NCBI GenBank assembly: GCA_963786955.1
Contig: CAWBAT010000002.1
Span: 96,001 to 160,000 of the forward strand
Reading direction: 5' to 3'
Source of the DNA: an uncultured Acidimicrobiia bacterium
GTDB taxonomy: Bacteria > Acidobacteriota > Terriglobia > Versatilivoradales > Versatilivoraceae
DNA: 64,000 nt
The notes under the pieces were generated by a model. It ran no database searches, was not told where the DNA came from, and saw only the letters and a list, made by a program, of their open reading frames with translations. The translations under genes and the position numbers were made by a program. Positions 29,450 through 38,496 of the stretch are shown piece by piece. Position 1 is the stretch's first letter; every line of letters starts with the position of its first letter.

Positions 29450-30184
29450 CTAATCATTGATAACGTCAAATAGCCGGTCCCTCTGCTCGTACAGATTGGC
29501 CGCCGCTCCCAGGGCGACTTCGTAAGTGTCGCTTTCAAGCGCCGTCACGATGCCTTGGGCGACTGCCTTGGCGCTCATCATGGTGTCGTTTTTGTCGGGC
29601 CGTCGGCGACGGCCGGCCAGCTCGGTAGGAACGATCGGAGGTGCAATCTCGAACACTCGCACTCGGGTGCTGCGGAGCTGGCGCCGCAGCGAAAGGCTCA
29701 ACGAGTGAATCGCGGCCTTTGTCGCGCTGTAGACAGGAACTTGGGCCAGCGGAGTAAACCCGAGGCCTGAGGAAATGTTGACGATTGCCGCCTCGGTCTG
29801 CTTCTCCAGCACTGGGATCAGCAGAGCAGCTAAGTGGATCGGCGCGCGTAGATTCGTTGCGAGTTCCTCATCCGCTTCCGCCAGGTCCCGAGGGCCCTTG
29901 AGAAAGTTTACAGGACGTTGGATGCCGGCGTTGTTGACCAGGATGTTGAGTGAGGGAAGACGCTTCTCTAGCCATTGCAGCAGAGAGGACCTCGAGGCAG
30001 CTCGCGAAACGTCGCAGACTTTCACCTGCAACTGAGGAATGCGCCGCTTAGCAGCCAGTAGTTTGGCCCGACGGCGGCCACAGATGGCTACCGTGTTTCC
30101 CTTCGCGACCAAAGCCTCAGCGAGTGCCCAGCCGATCCCCGTCGCGCCTCCAGTGATCAGAACTGTGTTACCGTATATTTTCAA
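29450..30184 (-). CDS. Short-chain dehydrogenase/reductase (DltE-like)
   Basis: TGGATGIG, NNAGIQ, ISSGL, YSATK. Confidence 0.92.
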   Translation of the reverse strand: MKIYGNTVLITGGATGIGWALAEALVAKGNTVAICGRRRAKLLAAKRRIPQLQVKVCDVSRAASRSSLLQWLEKRLPSLNILVNNAGIQRPVNFLKGPRDLAEADEELATNLRAPIHLAALLIPVLEKQTEAAIVNISSGLGFTPLAQVPVYSATKAAIHSLSLSLRRQLRSTRVRVFEIAPPIVPTELAGRRRRPDKNDTMMSAKAVAQGIVTALESDTYEVALGAAANLYEQRDRLFDVIND

Positions 30185-30469
30185 GAGGGGATCTCCAAAT
30201 GCCAGGATGCTTTACACGGAATAGAAAACGGCACCTGCGATGGCTCCGATCATCCTTGCGTCTTACGTGCATCGGCTGTCCAACATAGTACCACTGAAGG
30301 TTACACCCGTGGCAGTCTCACTCGCAATGACTTGTAAAGATTGTCACATCTGACAGCCTTCTGATATTTTCATGTCCTGAGATAACGAGAGAGCATGCTT
30401 CACACTTTTTCGTCATCACTGAGCGTGAAACGCTACGAAGTTTTCCGGGTAGACAGGAGGATATCACCC

Positions 30470-32716
30470 ATGGTAATCAACACCCTCCCCAGACACTGCA
30501 AACTGCAATCGAGTCCTGTCTTTTCTAGGCGAGAGGTTCTACAAAGTGCTTTGGTAGCTGGTTTTGCTGTCCCGCTATGCCAAGTGCTGGACGCTACCCC
30601 GCAGAGTGGCACTGGTGACAGCTTCAATAGTTCAAAGAGAGTGATCTGGCCGGCGGAAGCCTACCGCCGCTTTGCCGTCGACATTCACGTTCCTGACTGG
30701 GATGAGGCGCTACTCGGTGAATTCGACGGCTCCCAATTTGTGAAAAACATGGCGGAAGCAGGCGCGCAGTCGGTGCTGCAATATACGAACTCGCATGTGG
30801 GACTTTGTTTATGGCAGACGAAAATAGGAAAGATGCACGCCAGTTTAAGAGGTAGAGACTTCTTCGGAGAGGTGGTCAGCGAGTGTCGGCGTCGTGGTAT
30901 TGCGCCTCTGGCGTACTTTAGCGTTATCTTTGACAATTGGGCTTATGAAAACCATCCGGATTGGCGAATCCTGCCAGCGGAAGGATACGGCCCCCAATTG
31001 AAAGGACGTTACGGGGTAGTGTGTCCGAATTCTCCGTATCGAAAGTATGCAGCAGCCTGTGTTGAGGAACTAACGACCCAATACGATCTCGATGGGATCT
31101 TTTGTGATATGACGTTCTGGCCAGGAATTTGCTACTGTCCTCACTGCACTGAACGGTTTCGGCAGGAATCCGGGATGGAACCGCCTCGGGTGGTAAATTG
31201 GAATGACCCACAGTGGCGAAACTTTCAGAAATCACGTCAAAAGTGGCTTTTGGAGTTTGCTCAGCTTCTTACTGATACCGCCAAAAAAAGTCGGCCGACG
31301 ATTACCATCAACCATCAGTTTTCCACCATTTTTCATAATTGGACACTGGGTGTACCTTTAGAACTGGCCAAGACCTGTGACTATGTGGGAGGCGACTTCT
31401 ACGGCGGCCCAAGCCAGCATTCCCTAGCCTGTAAGGTCTATGATGGCCTCTCCCGATCCCATCCTTTTGAGTTTCACACATCACGGACACGGGACCCTCG
31501 AGATCATGTGACAGTCAAGCCTATGGCCGAGCTTCGAACCGAGTCATTTGTGGCCACTCTTCATTCGGCCGCACTGCTGCTCGTGGACTACATCAATGCC
31601 AACGGGACTCTGAATCCGGAAGTCTACAAGTATATGGGGAAGCTGAGTGCAGAGCGGGCTCGTTACGAGCCTTTCTTGGGGGGCGAGCTGCAAGCCGACG
31701 TCGCGATCTACTATGACAAAGAATCGATGTACAACCCAGACGAACAGGGCATTCAGGTTTCTGAATTGAAAGCTGTGGACGACTGTCCTCACCGGGAGGC
31801 CGTTGTCGGTCTAGCAAGGGTCATGAGGGAGGCACACCTTCCGTTTGCAGTCGTCACCAATGCCAACATAGAAACAATCGAACGTTATCGGGCAGTGCTG
31901 CTGCCGAGTGTTCTAGAGATGACTGCAGAGCAGGCAGAAAGGTTCCGTCGTTTCGTTGAGTCTGGCGGAGTTCTGTATGTCAGCGGCTCATCTTCCCTCG
32001 ATCGGTTTGCCCAGGGGGCGCCCCGTTTCCTGCTGGATTCGGTAATAGGGGTGACCTATGAAGGCCGGGTGGGAAGCCGTTCGATCACGTATTTGACCCC
32101 CGAGGATTCAGAAGTTACTGCGGCCATTTGGCCTCAGGATCATTTGAGCTATTCGGGAGAGTTGATCCGAGCAAAAACCCTTGAGAGTGCTCAAGTGCTG
32201 GCTCGGGTCACTCCTCCTTTTGTCGATCCTGAGTTGGGAAAAGTGATCGGCAGCCATTTTGCGGCGATTCATAGCAATCCTCCGGCACTCAAGCCCAGTC
32301 CACATCCGGCTCTGGTCCTGAATAAATATGGGCGGGGACAATCAGTCTGGGTGGCCGCTCCGATTGAGAGGCGCAATGAGGCGGTAAATAAGAAACTGAT
32401 CGAGACGCTTTTGAAGCGTATCCTTAAGCCGCCCTACGCCTTCGAAGTGGAGGCCCCTCCGTGGGTGGAGATGGTATTATTCGATCAGCCAAACAAAGGT
32501 CGTCTGTTGGCTGGACTTCTCAACATGCAGGAGCAATTTCCGCAGGTGCCGGTACCTGCTACGGTGCGGGTGAAGACGCCAAAGGGTCAGCGAATAATAC
32601 ACGTGAAAAGCGTTCCAGAAAGAGATGAAGTCCCAATTCAGGTCAGGGGATCTTACGTTGAATTTCAAGTCCAGCCCTTTCAATCTCTCGTCATGTTTAC
32701 TCTGGAGTATGCTTAA
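30470..32716 (+). CDS. Tat-exported glycoside hydrolase (GHL6/GH29-like TIM barrel with beta-galactosidase trimerization domain)
   Basis: SRREVL, VDIHVPDW, RDFFGE, CPNSPY, DGIFCD, CYCPHC; RBS aggagg before ATG 30470. Confidence 0.75.
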   Translation: MVINTLPRHCKLQSSPVFSRREVLQSALVAGFAVPLCQVLDATPQSGTGDSFNSSKRVIWPAEAYRRFAVDIHVPDWDEALLGEFDGSQFVKNMAEAGAQSVLQYTNSHVGLCLWQTKIGKMHASLRGRDFFGEVVSECRRRGIAPLAYFSVIFDNWAYENHPDWRILPAEGYGPQLKGRYGVVCPNSPYRKYAAACVEELTTQYDLDGIFCDMTFWPGICYCPHCTERFRQESGMEPPRVVNWNDPQWRNFQKSRQKWLLEFAQLLTDTAKKSRPTITINHQFSTIFHNWTLGVPLELAKTCDYVGGDFYGGPSQHSLACKVYDGLSRSHPFEFHTSRTRDPRDHVTVKPMAELRTESFVATLHSAALLLVDYINANGTLNPEVYKYMGKLSAERARYEPFLGGELQADVAIYYDKESMYNPDEQGIQVSELKAVDDCPHREAVVGLARVMREAHLPFAVVTNANIETIERYRAVLLPSVLEMTAEQAERFRRFVESGGVLYVSGSSSLDRFAQGAPRFLLDSVIGVTYEGRVGSRSITYLTPEDSEVTAAIWPQDHLSYSGELIRAKTLESAQVLARVTPPFVDPELGKVIGSHFAAIHSNPPALKPSPHPALVLNKYGRGQSVWVAAPIERRNEAVNKKLIETLLKRILKPPYAFEVEAPPWVEMVLFDQPNKGRLLAGLLNMQEQFPQVPVPATVRVKTPKGQRIIHVKSVPERDEVPIQVRGSYVEFQVQPFQSLVMFTLEYA

Positions 32717-32760
32717 GGTTTTGTCGCCGCTGGCGGGCTGCGCCCTACTTCTTGAGGGTA

Positions 32761-32906
32761 GTGTAAACCTCCAGACTGCAAAACCGGTTTGAATGAATGG
32801 AACCTGCCGTGGCTTGAAGGTGGATTGCTTGGAAGAGAACCTGCTGAATGGGACGTCATTCCCAGGCGGTTCAGGCAATCTGCAATCAATGCGGTTTAGG
32901 AGGCAC
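32761..32906 (+). other. Extensively self-complementary intergenic element (candidate structured RNA or MITE)
   Basis: cctccagactgca/tgcggtttaggagg outer stem; gtggattgcttg/caggcaatctgc inner stem with G-U pairs. Confidence 0.4.
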
Positions 32907-32994
32907 AATTTTTCCTTGCATGCCCTAATATTACCCATTTCATCACAAGTGAAGCAGCGTTTGATTAACTCAGAAGAAAAATAGGAGGGGAACC

Positions 32995-33873
32995 ATGGTT
33001 TTTGTATTCTATGTGATTATGGCTTTGCTGGCCTTCGCGGTTGCTCGGACAGCAGGCAGGACTTCGGATCCCAAAGCAAGCGGCATTGGAAAGATTGCCC
33101 GAGGCCTGGGCGTGCTCTTTGCCGTTCTCGCAGTCACGTGCTGTTTAACCGTAATCCCCGCCGGCAATATCGGTGTGGTGGACTTTTTTGGGACAGTATC
33201 CCCAAACACTCTTAAAGCTGGGATCAATTTTGTCAATCCCATGGCTAGGGTGGTCGGGATGTCTGTCAAGACGCAGGAAATGAAAGAAGTCATGGATGTT
33301 CCTTCCAAAGAGGGATTGACCGTCAAGCTTGAAATTAGTGTCCTTTACCACCTCAATCCGGAAAAGGCGGCCGAAGTCTATAAAACGGTGGGCGAGGATT
33401 ACCAGTCTATCATTCTTGAGCCTCAATTCCGTTCTGTGACCCGAGGAGTGACAGCCATGTACGAAGCCAAGGCTTTGTACACTTCGGAACGAGAACATTT
33501 GGCGCAGGAGATTTTGAAAGAAATCACGACAGCGACAGCTCCCAGAGGCATTACCGTAGAAACGACTCCATTACGTCGTGTCACGCTTCCGCCCGGGCTG
33601 AGCCAGTCCATTGAATCCAAGCTCCAAGCGGAACAGGAAAGCCAGCGGATGGAATTCATTCTGACGAAGGAAAAGCAGGAAGCGGACCGGAAGAGGATCG
33701 AAGCCCAGGGAATTTCCGATTTTCAAAAGATTGTCGTTCAAGGCATCAGTGATCAATTGTTGCGTTGGAAAGGCATTGAAGCCACCGAAAAACTGGCAGC
33801 CTCCGCCAATGCCAAAGTAGTGGTTATTGGGGCCGGCAAGGATGGCCTACCCCTCATCCTGGACACAAAATGA
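32995..33873 (+). CDS. SPFH/prohibitin (band 7) family protein
   Basis: N-terminal TMs, PSKEGL, IESKLQAEQE, EADRKRIEAQG, GLPLIL. Confidence 0.92.
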   Translation: MVFVFYVIMALLAFAVARTAGRTSDPKASGIGKIARGLGVLFAVLAVTCCLTVIPAGNIGVVDFFGTVSPNTLKAGINFVNPMARVVGMSVKTQEMKEVMDVPSKEGLTVKLEISVLYHLNPEKAAEVYKTVGEDYQSIILEPQFRSVTRGVTAMYEAKALYTSEREHLAQEILKEITTATAPRGITVETTPLRRVTLPPGLSQSIESKLQAEQESQRMEFILTKEKQEADRKRIEAQGISDFQKIVVQGISDQLLRWKGIEATEKLAASANAKVVVIGAGKDGLPLILDTK

Positions 33874-34069
33874 AATCAGGCACTGGCTTTAGGGTCACTC
33901 TGGCCCAACGCCACTTAGGTCAAACGACCCGAGAATTTGCCGCAGGGCAAGCATTTCATCTACTCGCATGCCCTACTTTTTCAATATGTTAAGAGCACGA
34001 AGTACATCTTTAACTTGAAATTGCTCTGCAGTTCCAGTGCCGGATGCTGCAGAACATGGAGGTGTGTTT

Positions 34070-34598
34070 ATGACGATAGAAAACGACCCGATTCTCGAGA
34101 ATCTCGGTATGGCTCACCTGGGGAACCCAAAAGTGCTCTTGGGGAAGAAGGGTTCCCCCGTGCTCAAGGAGTTTAGAGCTTTCGCAATGCATGGCAGTAT
34201 GCTGGACATGGCGGTTGGCATTATTGTTGGCGCAGCCTTCGGGAGAGTTGTGAGTTCCTTTGTCTCTGACATTCTGATGCCCCCGATTGGCTTGTTTGCA
34301 GGCCACTCAGATTTCTCAAACAAATTCATCAACCTCTCGGGACATGCCTATGCCACTCTTGCCGAAGCAAAAGCTGCGGGTGCAGCGACGATCAATTACG
34401 GCGTCTTCTTCAACGTCCTCTCTGATTTCGTAATTGTTGCCTTCGCGGGTCTTCATGCTCATCCGCCAGGTGAATCGCCTGAAGAGTGAACAAGAGGCAT
34501 CCGTCGAAGTGATGAAAGACTGCCCATACTGTTTCTCTCATGTTGCCAATAAAGCCACCCGCTGTCCGCATTGCACGTCCGCCTTGACGACCGCTTGA
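34070..34598 (+). CDS. mscL: Large-conductance mechanosensitive channel with C-terminal Zn-ribbon; apparent +1 frameshift at ~34447-34449
   Basis: [40 protein letters not shown]; removing one G gives [22 protein letters not shown]; alternative start GTG 34160. Confidence 0.88.
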
Positions 34599-34754
34599 GT
34601 TTGGGCTTTAGTCATTAATCGATGGAAGGGTTGAACTGGTGTAGCAGTATGGAGATCGAGGATTTTTGGAGCAGCGTGTCTTGAGAGCACCGAAGTTTAT
34701 GTTGATTCAAATCCGCTTAGCGTATTGGCGTGAAATTATGGTGAAATACCCGTC

Positions 34755-35090
34755 TCAGTCTAAGACCTTCTCATCAAAGTGAATGGTAAATCCAGTCCCT
34801 TTTATCTGCTCGTTGAATGTGTCCAAAGCCATAAGCGTCATTTTTTCCAAATGCAATTGACAAATGGCCTTTTCGTCTTCCGATAAACCTGCGTCGTCTA
34901 ACAAATCCTGGTGTTGTTTCATGTCCCGCCTTGTTTCCCGGATATGGTGCAATATACATCCCAGGCTAAATTTAAGATCCAATCCCAAAGCTGCGTTTAT
35001 GTCAATTCCGGCAGGAGCGCCTTCGGAAACGTCGGCGGTTATTTTTTTGTAGGCGTCTAAGTATAGTCTCTCAAGTTCGTCAGGGGTCAT
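34755..35090 (-). CDS. Hypothetical protein (111 aa) immediately downstream of tRNA-Glu
   Basis: ATG start and plausible helical composition; locally AT-richer; no family recognised. Confidence 0.5.
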   Translation of the reverse strand: MTPDELERLYLDAYKKITADVSEGAPAGIDINAALGLDLKFSLGCILHHIRETRRDMKQHQDLLDDAGLSEDEKAICQLHLEKMTLMALDTFNEQIKGTGFTIHFDEKVLD

Positions 35091-35118
35091 GTGTCACTTA
35101 GCTTTGAAAGGATTAAGT

Positions 35119-35195
35119 TGGTAGCGCTAACGGGGATCGAACCCGTACTCTCTGCCTTGAGAGGGCAGCGTGTTAACCAATTACACCATAGCGCC
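35119..35195 (-). tRNA. trnE: tRNA-Glu (anticodon CTC)
   Basis: ggcgcta..tggtgtaattggttaacac..ctgcc-ctCTCaa-ggcag..gggttcgatcccc..tagcgctaCCA; 77 nt. Confidence 0.95.
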
Positions 35196-35347
35196 ACAAA
35201 GAGAGGAAGCAAGGGAGAAAACGCGAAGGGCACAGACTCGTGCCAATACCCTGCCCTGACTGACGGTTTTGACTCTACCAAAAACCTAAGATCCGCGCCA
35301 ACTCAAAACTGCAAGTTCTGAAGTGCATCGATTTTAGTTGTGAATCC

Positions 35348-35826
35348 TGTGGCCTAAAATCTTTCTTGCCGCAAAGAAGCGCAAAAGTCGCAAGAAAGCC
35401 GGTAGCCAATCGTTCTCTACTGCTGGAAAAAGGCTTTCCCCTCTTTTGAGAATCTTTGCGCCTATTTGTGGCCTGAAATCTTTCTTGCCGCAAAGAAGTG
35501 CAAAAGTCGCAACAAAGGTGGTAGCCAATGGCTCTGTATTACCGGAAAAAGGCTTTTCCCTCTTTTGAAAATCTTTGTGCCTTCTTGTGGCCAAGAATCT
35601 TTCTAGCTGTAAAGAAACGCAAAAGTCGCAAGAAAGGCGGTAGCCAATGGTTCTCTAGTCCTGGAAAAAGGCTTTCCCTTTCTTGAGAAGGTTTGTCCCT
35701 TTGTGGCCAAGAATCTTTCTAGCCGCAAAGAAGCGCAAAAGTCGCAACAAAGGTTGTAGCCAATGGCTCTGTATTACCGGAAAAAGGTTTTCCCTCTTTT
35801 GAGAATCTTTGTGCCTTCTTGTGGCT
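35348..35826. repeat. Tandem array of four ~116-119-bp palindromic units with ABAB higher-order structure
   Basis: tgtggc at 35348, 35467, 35586, 35702 and 35820; each unit runs gccgcaaagaagcgcaaaag ... ctttgtgccttcttgtggc. Confidence 0.92.
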
Positions 35827-35964
35827 CAGAATTCTTTTTGTACGCGGGCGGGATAAATGAAAGATCCCCACTTCAATTTTTGCGGCTGGATCAGTCGCCC
35901 CAGCTTTGCCTTCCATGAATAGCACAACCTTGTTGCGCTCGGGTTCGTGTGATGTTAGTTTGAA

Positions 35965-36930
35965 TTGATGAATCCAGAACGCGCCTCTTCGGCTGTGCCG
36001 AATCCCCACAACGAGAATCCTACTTTAACGTGGCAGTTGTTTGAAAAGATGCTTGCCTACTATGCTGTACCCCGCCTGCGGCACCGATTGGTCAAAATAA
36101 ATTTTCACGATATCGAATCCTGGGTTCCGCAATCGCGCGAACGCGATTTGGTTTTCTTGGTCTCGGCTTTGCGTGATTTCGACGATTATGCCGAATGTGA
36201 AAGCCATCTCGCAGACTTAGGCCCCCTGCTCGGTAAATACCTGCGCTCATTAGAATATTTTGGTATTGCGATTCAACATTTTCTGACTCGCTCGGCCAAG
36301 AACTGGGAAGAGATCCGCCCTAAGTATCAGGAACTCAGCCGTGATTATCTCTCCAGCTGCATTTTACGCTTTTTCCCAGGCCTCCCGGACGTGCGAGCGA
36401 ATTCTTTCGCGACTTACTTGCTGACGAACAGCCTAGCACGCGCGTTGCATTCTTTTCCGTTTCGAAAGGAGCAGGAGATCGCGCCGCTTATCCTCATTCG
36501 GGCGAAAGCGGATAAAGCCTGGGATCCTTTGGAATCCCGCCGCGATTTGATGGGGATCCTCGAATTCCATTTCCCCGAAATCAACTGGCGGGAGAACTCC
36601 TTCCAGGACCGCATCGTTTGCTATTTAGGTGTCCAACTTGTCTCTCCGCTGAGTCAAACAACCTTGGAGGTCATCGAGCAAGCTTTCGAAAATCGAAGTC
36701 ATCAGCGTTCCAGTCTCGTTCGGAACCGGAAAAGATTTCTGTACCTTGCTTTTTACTCCGAGTTCGATCGAAACGTTTTCCAATTTAATTTGAGTCATTT
36801 CGGAAAGATCGCAGGACGTTTCTTCGATCCGTTCGTTTGTACAGGATCCGAATTCCGGCAGGGTTATCCGGGGATGTCCGGTTTTATTGAGGAAGAGTTC
36901 CGTGCCGAAGCCGCAACAGGAGGAAGATAG
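35965..36930 (+). CDS. Hypothetical protein (321 aa, soluble, probably helical)
   Basis: Long ORF filling the gap with no longer competitor; no motif recognised. Confidence 0.65.
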   Translation: MMNPERASSAVPNPHNENPTLTWQLFEKMLAYYAVPRLRHRLVKINFHDIESWVPQSRERDLVFLVSALRDFDDYAECESHLADLGPLLGKYLRSLEYFGIAIQHFLTRSAKNWEEIRPKYQELSRDYLSSCILRFFPGLPDVRANSFATYLLTNSLARALHSFPFRKEQEIAPLILIRAKADKAWDPLESRRDLMGILEFHFPEINWRENSFQDRIVCYLGVQLVSPLSQTTLEVIEQAFENRSHQRSSLVRNRKRFLYLAFYSEFDRNVFQFNLSHFGKIAGRFFDPFVCTGSEFRQGYPGMSGFIEEEFRAEAATGGR

Positions 36931-37211
36931 GATTCAGTTGCAGCAGTTCGTGTTCTTGCTGGCACCGTTCGGGCAGGTTTGGGCCGATGCCTCCGGTTAG
37001 CGCGTGGGCCCCAAATGTGGGCTGGTGAACATGCTTGTTGTTATCCGATAATGGGTGTTGTTACATCTATCCTCGTGATTCGAATTCCTCGGACCTGAAG
37101 AACGCCAGCCTGAAGTGGTCTAAGCTCCTCTCTTTTCTTTTATTGTTCGGTTTGACAGGTTACGCTAACATTTGATTTTTGCTAGAACCTTTATAAAAGG
37201 AGGGTTTTCGA

Positions 37212-38258
37212 TTGAAGATTACAGTAGGTAAGTTAAAAGGAATAAGCGCCGTAGCCGATTCGAAGGGCGTCATTGCCGCCGCGGCTATGGACCAGCGAGG
37301 ATCGCTCCAGAAATCCTTGGCCAAGGAAAAAGGGGTGGAAACTTCGGCGATTACTCCGCAGATGATGTCCGAATTCAAGACAGCCGTATCACGCATTCTT
37401 ACACCTCATGCCAGTGCTATTTTACTTGACCCGGAATTTGGGTTAGAGGCTGTTAAGGCGAAAGCCTCTCACGCTGGAGTGCTGTTGGCCTACGAGCAAA
37501 CCGGGTATGATCATACGCTTCCTGGAAGAATTCCTTCCTTGATCCCCTATTGGACCGTCAAGAAGGCAATGGCCGCCGGAGCGGACTGTCTGAAATTGCT
37601 GCTTTATTACAGCCCGTTTGAAGCCGCGAGCGTCAAAGACATGAAACATGCTTTTGTTTCGCGGATCGGAGCCGAATGCAGCCATTACGAAGTCCCTTTT
37701 TTTCTCGAATTCGTCGGATACGATCCTACGGGAGGAGATGAAAAAGGGATTGAATATGCCAAGAAGAAGCCCGAAATTGTGGCGAAAAGCATGGAGGAAT
37801 TCTCCAAACCTGAATATGGTGTCGACGTCTTAAAGGTAGAAATCCCCGTCAATATGGAATTTGTAGAGAAGTCAAAAGCCAATAAATCTGGTCAGGTTGC
37901 CTACACGCGCCAGGAGGCCAAAGCGCATTATGTGCGAGCTGCCGAAGTGGCCACACTTCCGTTTATCTATCTCAGTGCCGGCGTGAGCGATGATGTCTTT
38001 CGCGAAAGCCTGGAATTGGCTGTTGAAGCCGGAACCAATTTCGCGGGAGTTCTCTGTGGTCGCGCAACTTGGAAAGAGGGCATTCCTGTTTATGCTAAAC
38101 AAGGCCTGAAGGCTTTCGAGGAGTGGCTTAGCGATCGGGGCGTCCGAAATATCAAAGCGCTCAATGAAGTCTTGAAAGGCGCCAAGCCCTGGCATGCAAA
38201 GTATGGGGGGATGGACAAGATCCAAAGAGTTGACAAAGCTGGGAACCCCGTCAAATAA
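37212..38258 (+). CDS. lacD: Tagatose-1,6-bisphosphate aldolase (class I, LacD family)
   Basis: AMDQRGSL, ASAILLDPEFG, YEQTGYD, DVLKVEIP, PFIYLSAGVS, GVLCGRATW; TTG start with RBS aaggagg. Confidence 0.88.
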   Translation: MKITVGKLKGISAVADSKGVIAAAAMDQRGSLQKSLAKEKGVETSAITPQMMSEFKTAVSRILTPHASAILLDPEFGLEAVKAKASHAGVLLAYEQTGYDHTLPGRIPSLIPYWTVKKAMAAGADCLKLLLYYSPFEAASVKDMKHAFVSRIGAECSHYEVPFFLEFVGYDPTGGDEKGIEYAKKKPEIVAKSMEEFSKPEYGVDVLKVEIPVNMEFVEKSKANKSGQVAYTRQEAKAHYVRAAEVATLPFIYLSAGVSDDVFRESLELAVEAGTNFAGVLCGRATWKEGIPVYAKQGLKAFEEWLSDRGVRNIKALNEVLKGAKPWHAKYGGMDKIQRVDKAGNPVK

Positions 38259-38285
38259 GTTTTTTCCGAAGACGAAGTGAAGAAG

Positions 38286-38484
38286 GCAGTAGGCAGACTG
38301 CAGAAAGCAGTAAGCGGAATGCAGAAAACAGAATGCAAAATGTAGCCGATCTGAGAAATCTGGTGTTGATACACAGACTGCAAAATACCCGGACTTTGCC
38401 TTCAGTCTGCAGCCAGATGGACACTGCCTCCCGCTTTCTGCCTACTGCCTTCTTGTTTTTTGTTTACCGCCCGCTGCCTTCTGC
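38286..38484. repeat. Inverted pair of degenerate 7-bp microsatellites (GCAGnnn x8 ... nnnCTGC x9)
   Basis: gcagtag gcagact gcagaaa gcagtaa... at 38286-38341; ...tttctgc ctactgc...cttctgc at 38421-38484. Confidence 0.75.
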
Positions 38485-38496
38485 TGACCCTTGTCC

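Noticed and set aside
33903-33995. Possible integron attC site (gcccaac ... gttaaga)
   Set aside because: The core sites are not complementary, there are no convincing L boxes, and no integrase or second attC is present
22800-35195. tRNA-anchored genomic island or prophage
   Set aside because: No integrase or phage genes, and I found no duplicated tRNA 3' end by eye
35348-35826. Possible CRISPR array
   Set aside because: Units are ~119 bp and similar along their whole length (ABAB), with no unique spacers and no cas genes
35275-36009. Short ORFs with repeated peptides (FATFALLCG)
   Set aside because: They are translations of the DNA tandem repeat, with frames not maintained between units
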